64,000 nt of DNA from the human T2T-CHM13v2.0 reference genome, Homo sapiens. The DNA lies in assembly GCF_009914755.1 (NCBI RefSeq), contig NC_060933.1. One strand, 5' to 3'. The notes under the pieces were generated by a model. That model searched no databases and was not told where the DNA came from. It saw only the letters and a list, made by a program, of their open reading frames with translations. Both the position numbers and the translations under genes were made by a program. Each line of letters starts with the position of its first letter. Positions within the stretch are counted from its first letter, which is position 1. Below, piece after piece: positions 1 through 14,800 of the stretch.

Positions 1-3000
1 ACAGGAATGGAATGGAAAGGAATGGAATGGAATGGAATGGAATAGAATGGAATGGAACGAAATGGAATGGAATGGAACGGAATGGAATGGAATCAATCCG
101 AGTGGAATAGAAGGGAATGCAATCGAGTAGAATGGAAAGGAATGGAATCAACCAGAGTGGAATGGAAGGGAATGGAATGGAATGGAAACTAATAAAATGG
201 AATCAACACGAGTGGAATGGAATGGAAAGGACTTGAATGGAATGGAATGGAATGGAATGGAATCAACTCGATTGCAATGGAATGTAATGGAATGGAATGG
301 AATGGAATTAATGCGAATAGAATGGATTGGAATGGAATGGAACGGAATGGAATGGAATGGAATGGAATGGAATCAAAATGAGTGCAGGGGAATGGAATGG
401 AATGGAATGGAATAGAATGGAATGGAATGGAAGGGAATGGAATGGAATGGAATTAACCTGAACAGAATGGAATGGAATGGAATGGAACGGAATGGAATGG
501 AATGGAATGGAATGGAATCCACCCGAGTTCAGGGGAATGGAATGGAATGGAATGCAATGGAATGGAATCAATCAACCCGAGTGCAATAGAATGCAGTGGA
601 ATGGAATGGAATGGAATGGAAAGTACCCGAATGGAATGGAATGTAATGGAGTGTAAGGGAATTAAAAAGAATCAATACGAATGTAATTGAATGGAATGGA
701 ACGGAATAGAATGGAATGGAATGGAATGGAATGGAATGAAATGGAATGGCATGGAATGGAATGGAATCAACCCGAGTGCAATGGAATGGAATCGAATGGA
801 ATGGAAGGGAATGGAATGGATTGAACCCGAATGGAATGGAAAGGAATGGAATAAACCCGAGTGGAATGGCATGGAATGGAATGGAATGGAATGGAATGGT
901 ACGGAATAGAATGGAAAAGAACGAAATGGAATGGAATGGAATGGAATGGAATGAACCCGTGTGCAATGGAATGGAATGGAATGGATTGGAATGGAATGGG
1001 TTCAACTCGAAAGGAATGGAAAGGAATGGAATCAACCCGAGTGGAATGGCATGGAATCGAATGGAAAGGAATGGTATGGAATGGAATGGAATGGAATGGA
1101 ATGGAATGGAATGGAATGGAATGGAATGAAATGGAATGGAATGGAATGGAATGGAATCAACCCGAGTGTAATGTAATGGAATCGAATGGAATGGAATGGA
1201 ATGGAATGGATTCAACCCAAATGGAATGGAAAGGAATGGAATCAACCCGAGTGGAATGGCATGGAATGGACTGGAATGGAATGGAATGGAATGGAATGGT
1301 ACGGAATAGAATGGAATGGAACGAAATGGAATGGAATGGAATGGAATGGAATGGAATGGAATGGAATGGAATGAACCCGTGTGCAATGGAATGGAATCGA
1401 ATGGAATGGAATGGAATGGAAAGGATACAACTCGAATGGAATGGAAAGGAATGAAATCAACCCGAGTGGAATGGCATGGACTGGAATGGAATGGAATGGC
1501 ACGGAATGGAATGGAATTGAATTGTACGGATTAGAATCGAATGGAATGAAATGGAATGGAATGGAATGGAATGGAATGGAATGGAATGGAATGGAAACAA
1601 ACCGAGTGCATGATAATGGAATGGAATGAAAGGCAATGGAATGGAATCATCCGGAATGGAATGGAATGGAATGGAATGGAATGGAATGGAATGGAATCAA
1701 CTCGATTTCAATGGAATGGAATGGAATGGAATGCAATGCAATGGAAGGGAATGGAATGGAATGGAATGAAATTAACCCGAATGGAATGGAATGGAATGGA
1801 ATGGAATGGAATGGAATAGAATGGAATCCACCCGAGTGCAGGGGAATGGAATGGAATGGAATGCAATGGAATGGAATCATACGGAATGGAATGGAATGGA
1901 ATGGAATGCTATGGAATGGAATGGAATCAACCCGATTGCAATGGAATGGAGTGGAATGGAATGGAATGGAATGGAAACAACCCGAATGGAATGGAATGTA
2001 ATGGAGAGTAAGGCAATTGAATAGAATCAATACGAATGTAATGGAATGGAATGGAACGGAATGGAATGCAATGGAATGGAATGGAATGCAATGGAATGGG
2101 ATCAACCCGAGTGAAATGGAATGGAATCGAAAGGAATGGAATGGAATGGAATGGTTTCAACCCGAATGGAATGGAAAGGAATGGAATCAACCCGAGTGGA
2201 ATGGAATGGAATGGAATGGAATGGAATTGGTTCAACTCGAATGGAATGGAAAGGAATGGAATCAACCCGAGTGGAATGGCATGGAATGGAATGGAATGGA
2301 ATGGAATGGAATGGAATGGAAGGGAATGGAATGGAATGGAATTAACCTGAACAGAATGGAAGGGAATGGAATGGAACGGAACGGAATGGAATGGAATGGA
2401 ATGGAATGGAATGGAATGGAATGGGATCAACCCGAGTACAGGGGAATGGAATGCAATGGAATGCAATGGAATGGAATCATCCGGAAGGGAATGGAATTGA
2501 ATGGAATGCAATGGAATGGAATCAATCAACCCGAGTGCAATAGAATGCAGTGGAATGTAATGGAATGGTATGGAAACTACCTGAATGGAATAGAATGTAA
2601 TGGAGTGTAAGGGAATTAAAAAGAATCAATCCGAATGTAATGGAATTGAATGGAATGGAATGGAATGGAATGGAATGGAATGGAATGGAATTAACCCGAA
2701 TAGAATGGAAAGGAATGGAATGGAATGGAATGGAATGGAATGGAATGGAATTGAATGGAATGGAACGGAATAGAATGGAATGGAACGAAATGGAATGGAA
2801 TGGAATGGAATGGAATGGAATGGAATGGAATGGAATGGAATCAACCCGAGTGCAAGGGAATGGAATGGAATTGAAGGCAATGGAATGGAATCATATGGAA
2901 TTGAATGGAATGGAATGGAATCAACTCGATTGCAATGGAATGGAATGGAATGGAATGGAATGGAATGGAATGGAATGGAATGGAATTAACCCGAATAGAA

Positions 3001-4050
3001 TGGAATTGAATGGAATGGAATGGAATGGAAGTAAATGGAATGGAATGTAATGAACCCGAGGTCAGGGGAATGGAATGGAATGGAATGCAATGGAATGGAG
3101 TCATCCGGAATGGAAAAGAAAGGAATGGAATGGAATCAACCCGTGTGCAATGGAATGGAAAGGAATGGAATGGAATGGAATGGAATGGAATGAAATGGAA
3201 TGGCATGGAATGGAATGGAATCAACCCGAGTGCAATGGAATGGAATCGAATGGAATGGAAGGGAATGGAATGGATTGAACCCGAATGGAATGGAAAGGAA
3301 TGGAATAAACCCGAGTGGAATGGCATGGAATGGAATGGAATGGAATGGAATGGTACGGAATAGAATGGAAAAGAACGAAATGGAATGGAATGGAATGGAA
3401 TGGAATGAACCCGTGTGCAATGGAATGGAATAGAATGGATTGGAATGGAATGGGTTCAACTCGAAAGGAATGGAAAGGAATGGAACCAACCCGAGTGTAA
3501 TGGCATGGAATGGAATGGAATGGAATGGTATGGAATGGAATGGAATGGAATGGAATGGAATGGAATGGAATGGAATGGAATGAAATGGAATGGAATGGAA
3601 TGGAATGGAATCAACCCGAGTGTAATGTAATGGAATCGAATGGAATGGAATGGAATGGAATGGATTCAACCCAAATGGAATGGAAAGGAATGGAATCAAC
3701 CCGAGTGGAATGGCATGGAATGGACTGGATTGGAATGGAATGGAATGGAATGGTACGGAATAGAATTGAATGGAACGAAATGGAATGGAATGGAATGGAA
3801 TGGAATGAACCCGTGTGCAATGGAATGGAATCGAATGGAATGGAATGGAATGGAAAGGATACAACTCGAATGGAATGGAAAGGAATGAAATCAACCTGAG
3901 TGGAATGGCATGGACTGGAATGGAATGGAATGGCATGGAATGGAATGGAATTGAATGGTACGGATTAGAATCGAATGGAATGAAATGGAGTGGAACGGAA
4001 CGGAATGGAATGGAATGGAATGGAATGGAACGGAACGGAATGGAATGGAA
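1..4050 (+). repeat. HSat3 sub-domain, dialect A (copy 1)
   Basis: Markers GAACCCGTGTGC (~954, 1374, 3407, 3807), AATAAACCCGAG, ATCAATCAACCCGAG, GGGAATTAAAAAGAATC and TTGAAGGCAA. No CAACGCGAG or TCTTCCGG. Boundary approximate. Confidence 0.65.
160..1650 (+). repeat. Dispersed duplication block, copy 1 (copy 2 at ~10100-11620)
   Basis: Shared ordered rare variants: CTAATAAAAT 189/10131, TTAATGCGAATAG, CCACCCGAGTTCAGGGG 519/10471, GGATACAACTCG 1423/11390. Confidence 0.85.
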
Positions 4051-4136
4051 TGGAATACAATGGAATCAACGCGAGTGCAGGGGAATGGAATGGAATGGAA
4101 TGCAATGGAATGGAATGGAATGGAATGCAATGGAAT

Positions 4137-4151
4137 GGAATCTTCCGGAAT
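4137..4151. promoter_or_regulatory. Perfect heat-shock element consensus (nGAAnnTTCnnGAAn), first of ~27
   Basis: gGAAt-cTTCc-gGAAt. The motif match is direct, but HSF1 function is inferred. Confidence 0.45.
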
Positions 4152-7012
4152 GGAATGGAATGGAATCGAATGGAATGAAAGGCAATGGATTCAACTCGAT
4201 TGCAATGGAATGGAATAGAATGGAATGGAATGGAATGGAATGGAATGGAATTGAATGGAATGGAATGCCTTCAAACCGAATGGAATGGAAAGGAATGGAA
4301 TCAACACGAGTGGAAAGGAATGGAATGGAAAGGAATGGAATGGAATGGAATGGTACGGAATAGAATGGAATCGAACGAACTGGAATGGAATGGAATGGAA
4401 TGGAATGGAATGGAATGGAATGGAATCGTTCCGAGTGGAATAGGAGGGAATGTATTCGAGTGGAATGGAAAGGAATGGAATCAACCAGAGTGGAATGGAA
4501 GGGAATGGAATGGAATGGAAACTAATAGAATGGAATCCACCAGAGTGGAAAGGAATGCAAAGGAATGGAATGGAATGGAATGGAATGGAATGGAATGGAA
4601 TGGAATCAACTCGATTGCAATGGAATGGAATGGAATGGAATGGAATGGAATGGAATGGAATGGAATGGAATGAAATTAACCCGAATACAATGGAATGGAA
4701 TGGAATGGAACGGAAAGCAGTGGAATGGAATGCAATCAACCCGAGTGCAGGGGAATGGAATGGAATGGAATGCAATGGAATGGAATCATCCGGAATGGAA
4801 TGGAATGGAATGGAATGCAAAGCAATGGAATCAACTCGATTGCAATGGAATGGAATGGAATGGAAAGGAATAGAATGGAATCAACCCGAGTGTAATGGAA
4901 TGGAAAGGACTGGAATGGAGTGGAAAGGAATGGAATGGAATGGAATGGAATCAACTCGATTGGAATGGAATCTAACGGAATGGAATGGAATGGAATGGAA
5001 TGGAATGGAATTAAACCGAATAGAATGGAATGGAATGGAATGGAACTGAATGGAATGGAATGGAATGGAATAGAATGGAATGGAATGGAATCAACCCGAC
5101 TGCAGGGGAATGGAATGGAATGGAATGGAATGGAATGGAATCATCCGGAACGGAATGGAATGGAATGGAATGGAATCAACTCGATTGCAATGGAATGGAA
5201 TGCAATGGAATGGAATGGAATGGAATGGAATGAAATTAACCGGAATAGAATGGAATGGAATGGAATGGAACGGAATGGAATGGAATGGAATGGAATGGAA
5301 TGGAATGGAATGGAATGGAATGGAATCAACCCGAGTGCGGGGGAATGGAATGGAATGGAATGCAATGGAATGGAATCATCCGGAATGGAATGGAATGGAA
5401 TGGAATGCAATCAACCTGATGCAATGGAATGGAGTGGAATGGAATGGAATGGAATGGAAACATCCCGAATGGAATGGAATGTAATGGAGTGTAAGGGAAT
5501 TGAATAGAATGAATCCGAATGGAATGGAATGGAAAGGAATGGAATGGAATGGAATGGAATGGAATGCAATGCCATGGAATCAACCCGAGTGCAATCGAAT
5601 GGAATCGAATGGAATGGAATGCAATGGAATGGATTCAACTTGAATGGAATGGAAAGAATGGAATCAACACGAGTGGAATGGCATGGATTGGAATGGAATG
5701 GAATGGAATCAACCCGAGTACAGGGGAATGGAATGGAATGGAATGAAATGGAATGGAATCATCCGTAATGTAATGGAAAGGAATGGAATGGAATGGAATG
5801 GAATGGAATGGAATGGAATGGAATCAACTCTATTGCAATGGAATGGAATGGAATGGAATGGAATTAACCCGAATAGAATGGAATGGAATCGAATGGAATG
5901 GAATGGAACGGAACGGAATGGAATGGAATGGAATGGAATGGAATGGAACGGATCGGAATGGAATGGAATGGAATGGAATGGAATGGAATCAACGCGAGTG
6001 CAGAGGAATGGAATGGAATGGAATGCAATGGAATGGAATCTTCCGGAATGGAATGGAATGGAATGGAATGGAATAGAATGGAATGGAATGGAATGGAATG
6101 GAATCAACCCGAGTACAGGGGAATGGAATAGAATGTAATGCAATGGAATGGAATCATCCGTAATGGAATGGAAATGAATGGAAAGGAATAGAATGGAATG
6201 GAATGGAATGGAATCAACTCGATTGCAATCGAATGAAATGGAATGGAATTAACCCGAATAGAATGGAATGGAATCGAATGGAACGGAACGGAATGGAATG
6301 GAATGGAATGGAATGGAATGGAACGGAAAGGAATGGAATGGAACGGAATGAAATGGAATGGAATGGAATGGAATGGAATGAAATGGAACGGAATGGAATG
6401 GAATGGAATCAACGCGAGTGCAGGGGAATGGAATGGATTGGAATGGAATGGAATGGAATGGAAACAACACGAGTGCAATGGCATGGATTGGAATGGAATG
6501 GAATGGAATGGAACAACCCGAATGGAACGGAATGTAATGGAGAGTAAGGCAGTTGGATAGAATCAATACGAGTGTAATGGAATGGAATGGAACAGAATGG
6601 AATGGAATGGAATGGAATGGAAGGGAATGGAATGGAATGCAATGGAATGGAATCAACCCGACTGCAATCGAATGGAATCGAATGGAATGGAATGCAATGG
6701 AAAGGATTCAACTTGAATGGAATGGAAAGAATGGAATCAACAGGAGTGGAATGGCATGGATTGGAATGGAATGGAATGGAATCAAACCGAGTACAGGGGA
6801 ATGGAATGGAATGGAATGCAATGGAATGGAATCATCCGTAATGGAATGGAAAGGAATGGAATGGAAAGGAATGAAATGGAATGGAATGGAATGGAATGGA
6901 ATGGAATGGAATGGAACGGAACGGAACGGAACGGAATGGAATGGAATGGAATGGAATGGAATGGAATCAACGCGAGTGCAGGGGAATGGAATGTAATGGA
7001 ATGCAATGGAAT

Positions 7013-7027
7013 GGAAGCTTCCGGAAT
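7013..7027. promoter_or_regulatory. HSE consensus variant GGAAGCTTCCGGAAT (contains HindIII site)
   Basis: gGAAg-cTTCc-gGAAt. The first 10 bp are a perfect palindrome. Confidence 0.45.
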
Positions 7028-8800
7028 GGAATGGAATGGAATGGAATGCAATGGATTCAACTCGATTGCAATGGAATGGAATAGAATGGAATGCAATGGA
7101 ATGGAATGGAATTAACCCGAATAGAATGGAATGGAATGGAACGGAATGGAACGGAACGCAATGGAATGGTGTGGAATGGAATGGAATGGAATGGAATCAA
7201 CGCGAGTGCAGGGGAATGAAATGGAACGGAATGTAATGGAATGGAATCATCCGGAATGGAATGGAATGGAATGGAATGGAATGGAATCAACCCGAGTGCA
7301 ATGGAATGGAGTGGAATGGAATGGAATGGAATGGAACAACCCAAATGGAATGGAATGTAATGGAGAGTAAGGGAGTTGAATAGAATCAATCCGAATGTAA
7401 TGGAATGGAATGGAACGGAATGGAATGGAATGGAATGGAATGCAATGGAATGGAATCAACCCGAGTACAATGGAATGGAATGGAATGGAAGGGAATGGAA
7501 TGGAATGGAATGGCTTCAAACCGAATGGAATGGAAAGGAATGGAATCAACACGAGTGGAATGGAATGGAATGGAATGGAATGGAATGGAATGGAATGGAA
7601 TGGTATGGAATAGAATGAAATGGAAAGAAATGGAATGGAATGGAATGGAATGGAATGGAATGGAATGGAATCGTTCTGAGTGGAATAGGAGGGAATGTAT
7701 TCGAGTGGATTGGAAAGGAATGGAATCAACCAGAGTGGAATGGAAGGGAATGGAATGGAATGGAAACTAATAGAATGGAATCAACCCGAGTGGAATGGAA
7801 TGGAAAGGACTGGAATGGAATGGAATGGAATGGAATGGAATCAACTCGATTGTAATCGAATGGAATGGAATGGAATGGAATGGAATGGAATGGAATGGAA
7901 TTAACCCAAATACAATGGAATGTAATGGAATGGAACGGAATGAAGTGGAATGGAATGGAATCAACCCGAGTGCAGGGGAATGGAATGGAATGGAATGCAA
8001 TGGAATGGAATCATCCGGAATGGAATGGAATGCAAAGCAATGGAATCAACTCGATTGCAATGGAATGGAATGGACTGGAAAGGAATACATTGGAATCAAC
8101 CCGAGTGGAATGGAATGGAAAGGAGTGGAATGGAGTGGAATGGAATGGAATTGAATGGAATGGAATCAACTCGATTGGAATGGAATGGAATGGAATGGAA
8201 TGGAATCGAATGGAATGGAATTAACCCGAATAGAATGGAATGGAATTAAATGGAACGGAATGGAGAGGAATGGAATGGAATGGAATGGAATGGAATGGAA
8301 TCAACCCGACTGCAGGGGAATGGAATGGAATGGAATGCAATGGAATGGATTCAACTTGAATGGAATGGAAAGAATGGAATCAACACGAGTGGAATGGCAT
8401 GGATTGGAATGGAATGGAATGGAATCAACCCGAGTACAGGGGAATGGAATGGAATGGAATGGAATGGAATGCAATGGAATGGAATCATCCGTAATGGAAT
8501 GGAAAGGAATGGAATGGAATGGAATGGAATGGAATGGAATGGAATCAACTCGATTGCAATCGAATGGAATGGAATGGAATTAACCCGAAAAGAATGGAAT
8601 GGAATGGAATGGAACGGAACGGAACGGAACGGAATGGAATGGAATGGAATGGAATGGAATGGAACGGAAAGGAACGGAATGGAATGGAATGGAATGGAAT
8701 GGAATGGAATCAACTCGATGGCAATCGAATGGAATGGAATGGAATTAACCCGAATAGAATTGAATGGAATGGAGTGGAACAGAACGGAATAGAATGGAAT

Positions 8801-11800
8801 GGAATGGAATGGAATGGAATGGAATGAAATGGAATGGAATGGAATGGAATGGAATGGAATCAACCCGAGTGCAGGGGAATGGAATGGAATTGAAGGCAAT
8901 GGAATGGAATCATCCGGAATTGAATGGAATGGAATGGAATCAACTGGATTGCAATGGAATGGAATGGAACGGAATGGAATGGAATGGAATGGAATGGAAT
9001 GGAATGGAATGGAATGGAATGGAATGGAATTAACCAGAATAGAATGGAATTGAATGGAATGGAATGGAATGGAAGTAAAAGGAATGGAATGTAATGAACC
9101 CGAGTGCAGGGGAATGGAATGGAATGGAATGCAATGGAATGGAGTCATCCGGAGTGGAACAGAAAGGAATGGAATGGAATCAACCCGTGTGCAATGGAAT
9201 GGAAAGGAATGGAATGGAATGGAATGGAATGGAATGGAATGGAATGGAATCAACCCGAATGGAATGGAAAGGAAGGGAATCAACCCAAGTGGAATGGCAT
9301 GGAATGGAATGGAATGGAATGGAATGGAATGGTACCGAATATAATGGAATGGAACGAAATGGAATAGAATGGAATGGAATGGTATGGAAACAACCCGAAT
9401 GGAATGGAATGAAATGGAGTGTAAGGGAATTGAATACAATCAATCCGAATGTAATGGAATGGAATGGAACGGAATGGAATGGAATGGAATGGAATGCCGT
9501 GGAATGGAATCAAACCTAGTGCAATGGAATGGAATGGAATGGAATGGAATGGAATGGAATGGATTCAACCCAAATGGAATGGAAAGCAATGGAATCAACC
9601 CGAGTGGAATGGCATGGAATGGAATGGAACGGAATGGAATGGAATGGAATGGAATGGAATGGAATGGAATGGTACGGAATAGAATGGAATGGAACGAAAT
9701 GGAATGGAACGGTATGGAATGGAACGGAAAGGAATGGAATCAACTCGATTGCAATGGAAAGCAATGGAATGGAATGGAATGCAATTAAAGCGAATAGAAT
9801 GGAATGGAATGGAATGGAACGGAATGGAATGGAATGGAATGGAATGGAATCGAATGGAATCAACCTGAGTGCAGGGGAATGGAATGGAATGGAATGCAAT
9901 GGAATGTAATGGAATGGAATGCAATGGAATCAACTCGATTGCAATGCAATGGAATGGAATGGAATGGAAGGGAAAGGAATGGAATGGAATTAACCTGAAC
10001 AGAATGGAATGGAATGGAATGGAACGGAATGGAATGGAATGGAATGGAATGGAATGGTATGGAATGGAATGAACCCGTGTGCAATGGAATGGAATGGAAT
10101 GGAATGGAAGGGAATGGAATGGAATGGAAACTAATAAAATGGAATCAACACGAGTGGAATGGAATGGAAAGGACTTGAATGGAATGGAATGGAATGGAAT
10201 GGAATGGAATCAACTCGATTGCAATGGAATGTAATGGAATGGAATGGAATGGAATTAATGCGAATAGAATGGATTGGAATGGAATGGAACGGAATGGAAT
10301 GGAATAGAATGGAATGGAATGGAATCAAACTGAGTGCAGGGGAATGGAATGGAATGGAATGGAATAGAATGGAATGGAATGGAAGGGAATGGAATGGAAT
10401 GGAATTAACCTGAACAGAATGGAATGGAATGGAATGGAACGGAATGGAATGGAATGGAATGGAATGGAATCCACCCGAGTTCAGGGGAATGGAATGGAAT
10501 GGAATGCAATGGAATGGAATCAATCAACCCGAGTGCAATAGAATGCAGTGGAATGGAATGGAATGGAATGGAAAGTACCCGAATGGAATGGAATGTAATG
10601 GAGTGTAAGGAAATTAAAAAGAATCAATACGAATGTAATTGAATGGAATGGAACGGAATAGAATGGAATGGAATGGAATGGAATGGAATGGAATGGAATG
10701 GAATGGAATGAAATGGAATGGCATGGAATGGAATGGAATCAACCCGAGTGCAATGGAATGGAATCGAATGGAATGGAAGGGAATGGAATGGATTGAACCC
10801 GAATGGAATGGAAAGGAATGGAATAAACCCGAGTGGAATGGCATGGAATGGAATGGAATGGAATGGAATGGTACGCAATAGAATGGAAAAGAACGAAATG
10901 GAATGGAATGTAATGGAATGGAATGAACCCGTGTGCAATGGAATGGAATGGAATGGAATGGAATGGAATGGAATGGGTTCAACTCGAAAGGAATGGAAAG
11001 GAATGGAATCAACCCGAGAGGAATGGCATGGAATGGAATGGAATGGAATGGTATGGAATGGAATGGAATGGAATGGAATGGAATGGAATGGAATGGAATG
11101 AAATGGAATGGAATGGAATGGAATGGAATCAACCCGAGTGTAATGTGATGGAATCGAATGGAATGGAATGGAATGGAATGGATTCAACCCAAATGGAATG
11201 GAAAGGAATGGAATCAACCCGAGTGGAAGGGCATGGAATGGACTGGAATGGAATGGAATGGAATGGAATGGTACGGAATAGAATGGAATGGAACGAAATG
11301 GAATGGAATGGAATGGAATGGAATGGAATGGAATGGAATGAACCCGTGTGCAATGGAATGGAATCGGATGGAATGGAATGGAATGGAAAGGATACAACTC
11401 GAATGGAATGGAAAGGAATGAAATCAACCCGAGTGGAATGGCATGGACTGGAATGGAATGGAATGGCATGGAATGGAATGGAATTGAATGGTACGGAATA
11501 GAATCGAATGGAACGAAATGGAATGGAATGGAATGGAATGGAATGGAATGGAATGGAATGGAATGGAAACAACCCGGGTGCATGGTAATGGAATGGAATG
11601 GAAGGCAATGGAATGGAATCATCCGGAATGGAATTGAATGGAATGGAATGGAATGGAATGGAATCAACTCGATTGGAATGGAATGGAATGGAATGGAATG
11701 GAATGGAATTAACCCGAATAGAATCGAATGGAATGGAATGGAATGGAATGGAATGGAATGGAATGGAATGGAATGGAATCAACCCGATTGCAATGGAATG

Positions 11801-14800
11801 GAGTGGAATGGAATGGAATGGAAACAACCCGAATGGAATGGAATGGAAAGGATTCGAATGGAATCAACCTGACTGCAGGGGAATGGAATGGAATGGAATG
11901 CAATGGAATGTAATGGAATGGAATGCAATCGAATCAACTCGATTGCAATGGGATGGAATGGAATGGAATGGAAGGGAAAGGAATGGAATGGAATTAACCT
12001 GAACAGAATGGAATGGAATGGAATGGAACGGAATGGAATGGAATGGAATGGAATGGAATGGAATTGAATGGAATGGAATGAACCCGTGTGCAATGGAATG
12101 GAATGGAATGGAATGGAATGGAATGGGTTCAACACGAATGGAATGGAAAGGAATGGAATCAACACGAGTGGAATGGCATGGAATGGAATGGAATGGAATG
12201 GAATGGAATGGAATGGAATGGAATGAAATGTAATGGAATGGAATGGAATGGAATTAACCCGAGTGCAGTGTAATGGAATCGAATGGAATGGAATGGAATG
12301 GAATGGATTCAACACGAGTGGAATGGAAAGGAATGGAATAAACCCGCGTGGAATGGCATGGAATGGAGTGGAATGGAATGGAATGGAATGGAATGGAATC
12401 AACCCGAGTGCAATGTAATGGAATCGAATGGAATGGAATGGAATGGAATGGATTCAACCCGAATGGAATGGAAAGGAATGGAATAAACCCGAGTGGAATG
12501 GCATGGAGTGGAGTGGAATGGAATGGAATGGAATAGAATGGAATGGTACGGAATAGAATGGAATGGAACGAAATGGAATGGAATGGAATGGAATGGAATG
12601 GAATGGAATGGAATGGAATCAACCCGAGTGCAGGGGAATGGAATGGAATTGAAGGCAATGGAATGGAATCATCCGGAATTGAATGGAATGGAATGGAATC
12701 AACTCGATTGCAATGGAATGGAATGGAATGGAATGGAATGGAATGGAATGGAATGGAATGCAATGGAATGGAATGGAATTAACCCTAATAGAATGGAATG
12801 GAATGGAATGGAAGTAAATGGAATGGAAGGTAATGAACCCGAGTGCAGGGGAATGGAATGGAATGGAATGCAATGGAATGGAGTCATCCGGAATGGAACG
12901 GAAAGGAATGGATGGAACCAAACCGTGTGCAATGGAATTGAAAGGAATGGAATGGAATGGAATGGATTCAACCCGAATGGAATGGAAAGGAAGAGAATCA
13001 ACCCAAGTGGAATGGCATGGAATGGAATGGATTGGAATGGAATGGAATGGAATGCTACCGAATAGAATGGAATGGAACGAAATGGATTAGAATGGAATGG
13101 AATGGAATGCAATCAACCCGAGTGCAATGGAATGGAGTGGAATGGATTGGAATGGAATGGAAACAAACTGAATGGAATGGAATGAAATGGAGTGTAAGGG
13201 AATTGAATACAATCAAACCGAATGTAATGGAATGGAATGGAACGGAATGGAATGGAATGGAATGGAATGGAATGCAGTGGAATGGAATCAAACCTAGTGC
13301 AATGGAATGGAATGGAATGGAATGGAATGGAATGGAATGGAATGGAATGGAATGGAATGGATTCAACCCGAATGGAATGGAAATGAATGGAATAAAACCG
13401 AGTGGAATGGCATGGAATGCAAAGGAATGGAATGGAATGGTACGGAATAGAATGGAAAAGAACGAAATGGAATGGAATGGAATGGAATGGAATAGAATGG
13501 AATGGAATGGAATCAACCCGAGTGCAATGTAATGGAATTGAGTGGAATGGAATGGAATGGAATGGATTCAACCCGAATGGAATGGAAAGGAATGGAATAA
13601 ACCCGAGTGGAATGGCATGGAGTGGAGTGGAATGGAATGGAATGGAATGGAATGGAATGGAATGGAATGGAATGGAATAGAATGGAATCCACCCGAGTGC
13701 AGGGGAATGGAATGGAATGGAATGCAATGGAATGGAATCATACGGAATGGAATGGAATGGAATGGAATGGAATCAACCCGATTGCAATGGAATGGAGTGG
13801 AATGGAATGGAATGGAAACAACCCGAATGGAATGGAATGTAATGGAGTGTAAGGGAATTGAATAGAATCAATACGAATGTAATGGAATGGAATGGAACGG
13901 AATGGAATGCAATGGAATGGAATGCAATGCAATGGAATGGGATCACCCGAGTGTAATGGAATGGAATCGAAAGGAATGGAATGGAATGGAATGGTTTCAA
14001 CCCGAATGGAATGGAAAGGAATGGAATCATCCCGAGTGGAATGGAATGGAATGGAATGGAATGGAATGGAATGGAATGGAATGGAATGGAATGCAATGCT
14101 GTGGAATGGAATCAAACCTAGTGCAATGGAAAGGAATGGAATTGAATGGAATGGAATGGATTGGATTCAACCCAAATGGAATGGAAAGCAATGGAATCAA
14201 CCCGAGTGGAATGGCATGGAATGGAATGGAATGGAATGGAATGGAATGGAATGGAATGGAATGGAATCAATTCGATTGCAATGGAATGGAATGGAATGGA
14301 ATGGAATGGAATGGGTTCAACTCGAATGGAATGGAAAGGAATGGAATCACCCCGAGTGGAATGGCATGAATGGAATGCAATGGAATGGAATGGAATGGAA
14401 TGGAATGAAATGGAATGGAATGGAATGCAATGGATTCAACCCGAGTGCTATGTAATGGAATGAAATGGAATGGAATAGAATGCAATGGATTCAACACGAG
14501 TGCTATGTAATGGAATTGAGTGGAATGGAATGGAATGGAATGGAATGGATTCAACCCGAATGGAATGGAAAGGAATAGAATAAACCCGAGTGGAATGGCA
14601 TGGAATGGAGTGGAATGGAATGGAATGGAATGGAATGGAATGGAATGGAATGGTACGGAATAGAATGGAATGGAACGAAATGGAATGGAATGGAATGTAA
14701 TGGAATGGAATGGAATGAACCCGTGTGCAATGGAATGGAATGGAATGGAATGGAATGGAATGGAACGCAATGGGTTCAACTCGAATGGAACGGAATGGAA

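Larger units (their letters stand above)
4051..8800 (+). repeat. HSat3 sub-domain, dialect B (copy 1)
   Basis: Markers CAACGCGAGTGCAG (~4067, 5990, 6410, 6968, 7198), TCTTCCGG, TAGGAGGGAATGTATTCGAG (4441, 7686), TTCAACTTGAATGGAATGGAAAGA and GCCTTCAAACCG. Boundary approximate. Confidence 0.65.

Noticed and set aside
850-860. AATAAA hexamers (AATAAACCCGAG, many copies) as polyadenylation signals
   Set aside because: This is a single-base variant of AATCAACCCGAG with no downstream GU/U-rich element and no gene context. It cannot be supported from sequence alone.
4441-4460. AGGAGG followed by ATG (TAGGAGGGAATGTATTCG) resembling a Shine-Dalgarno site before MYSSG... ORFs
   Set aside because: This is a diverged pentamer pair (AGGAG-GGAAT) in eukaryotic satellite, the spacing to ATG is too short, and the downstream ORF is only repeat.
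4747-4756. GCAGGGG motifs as G-quadruplex seeds
   Set aside because: G-runs of 3-4 are isolated and usually far apart. The remainder is GG doublets, so there is no canonical four-tract G4 motif.
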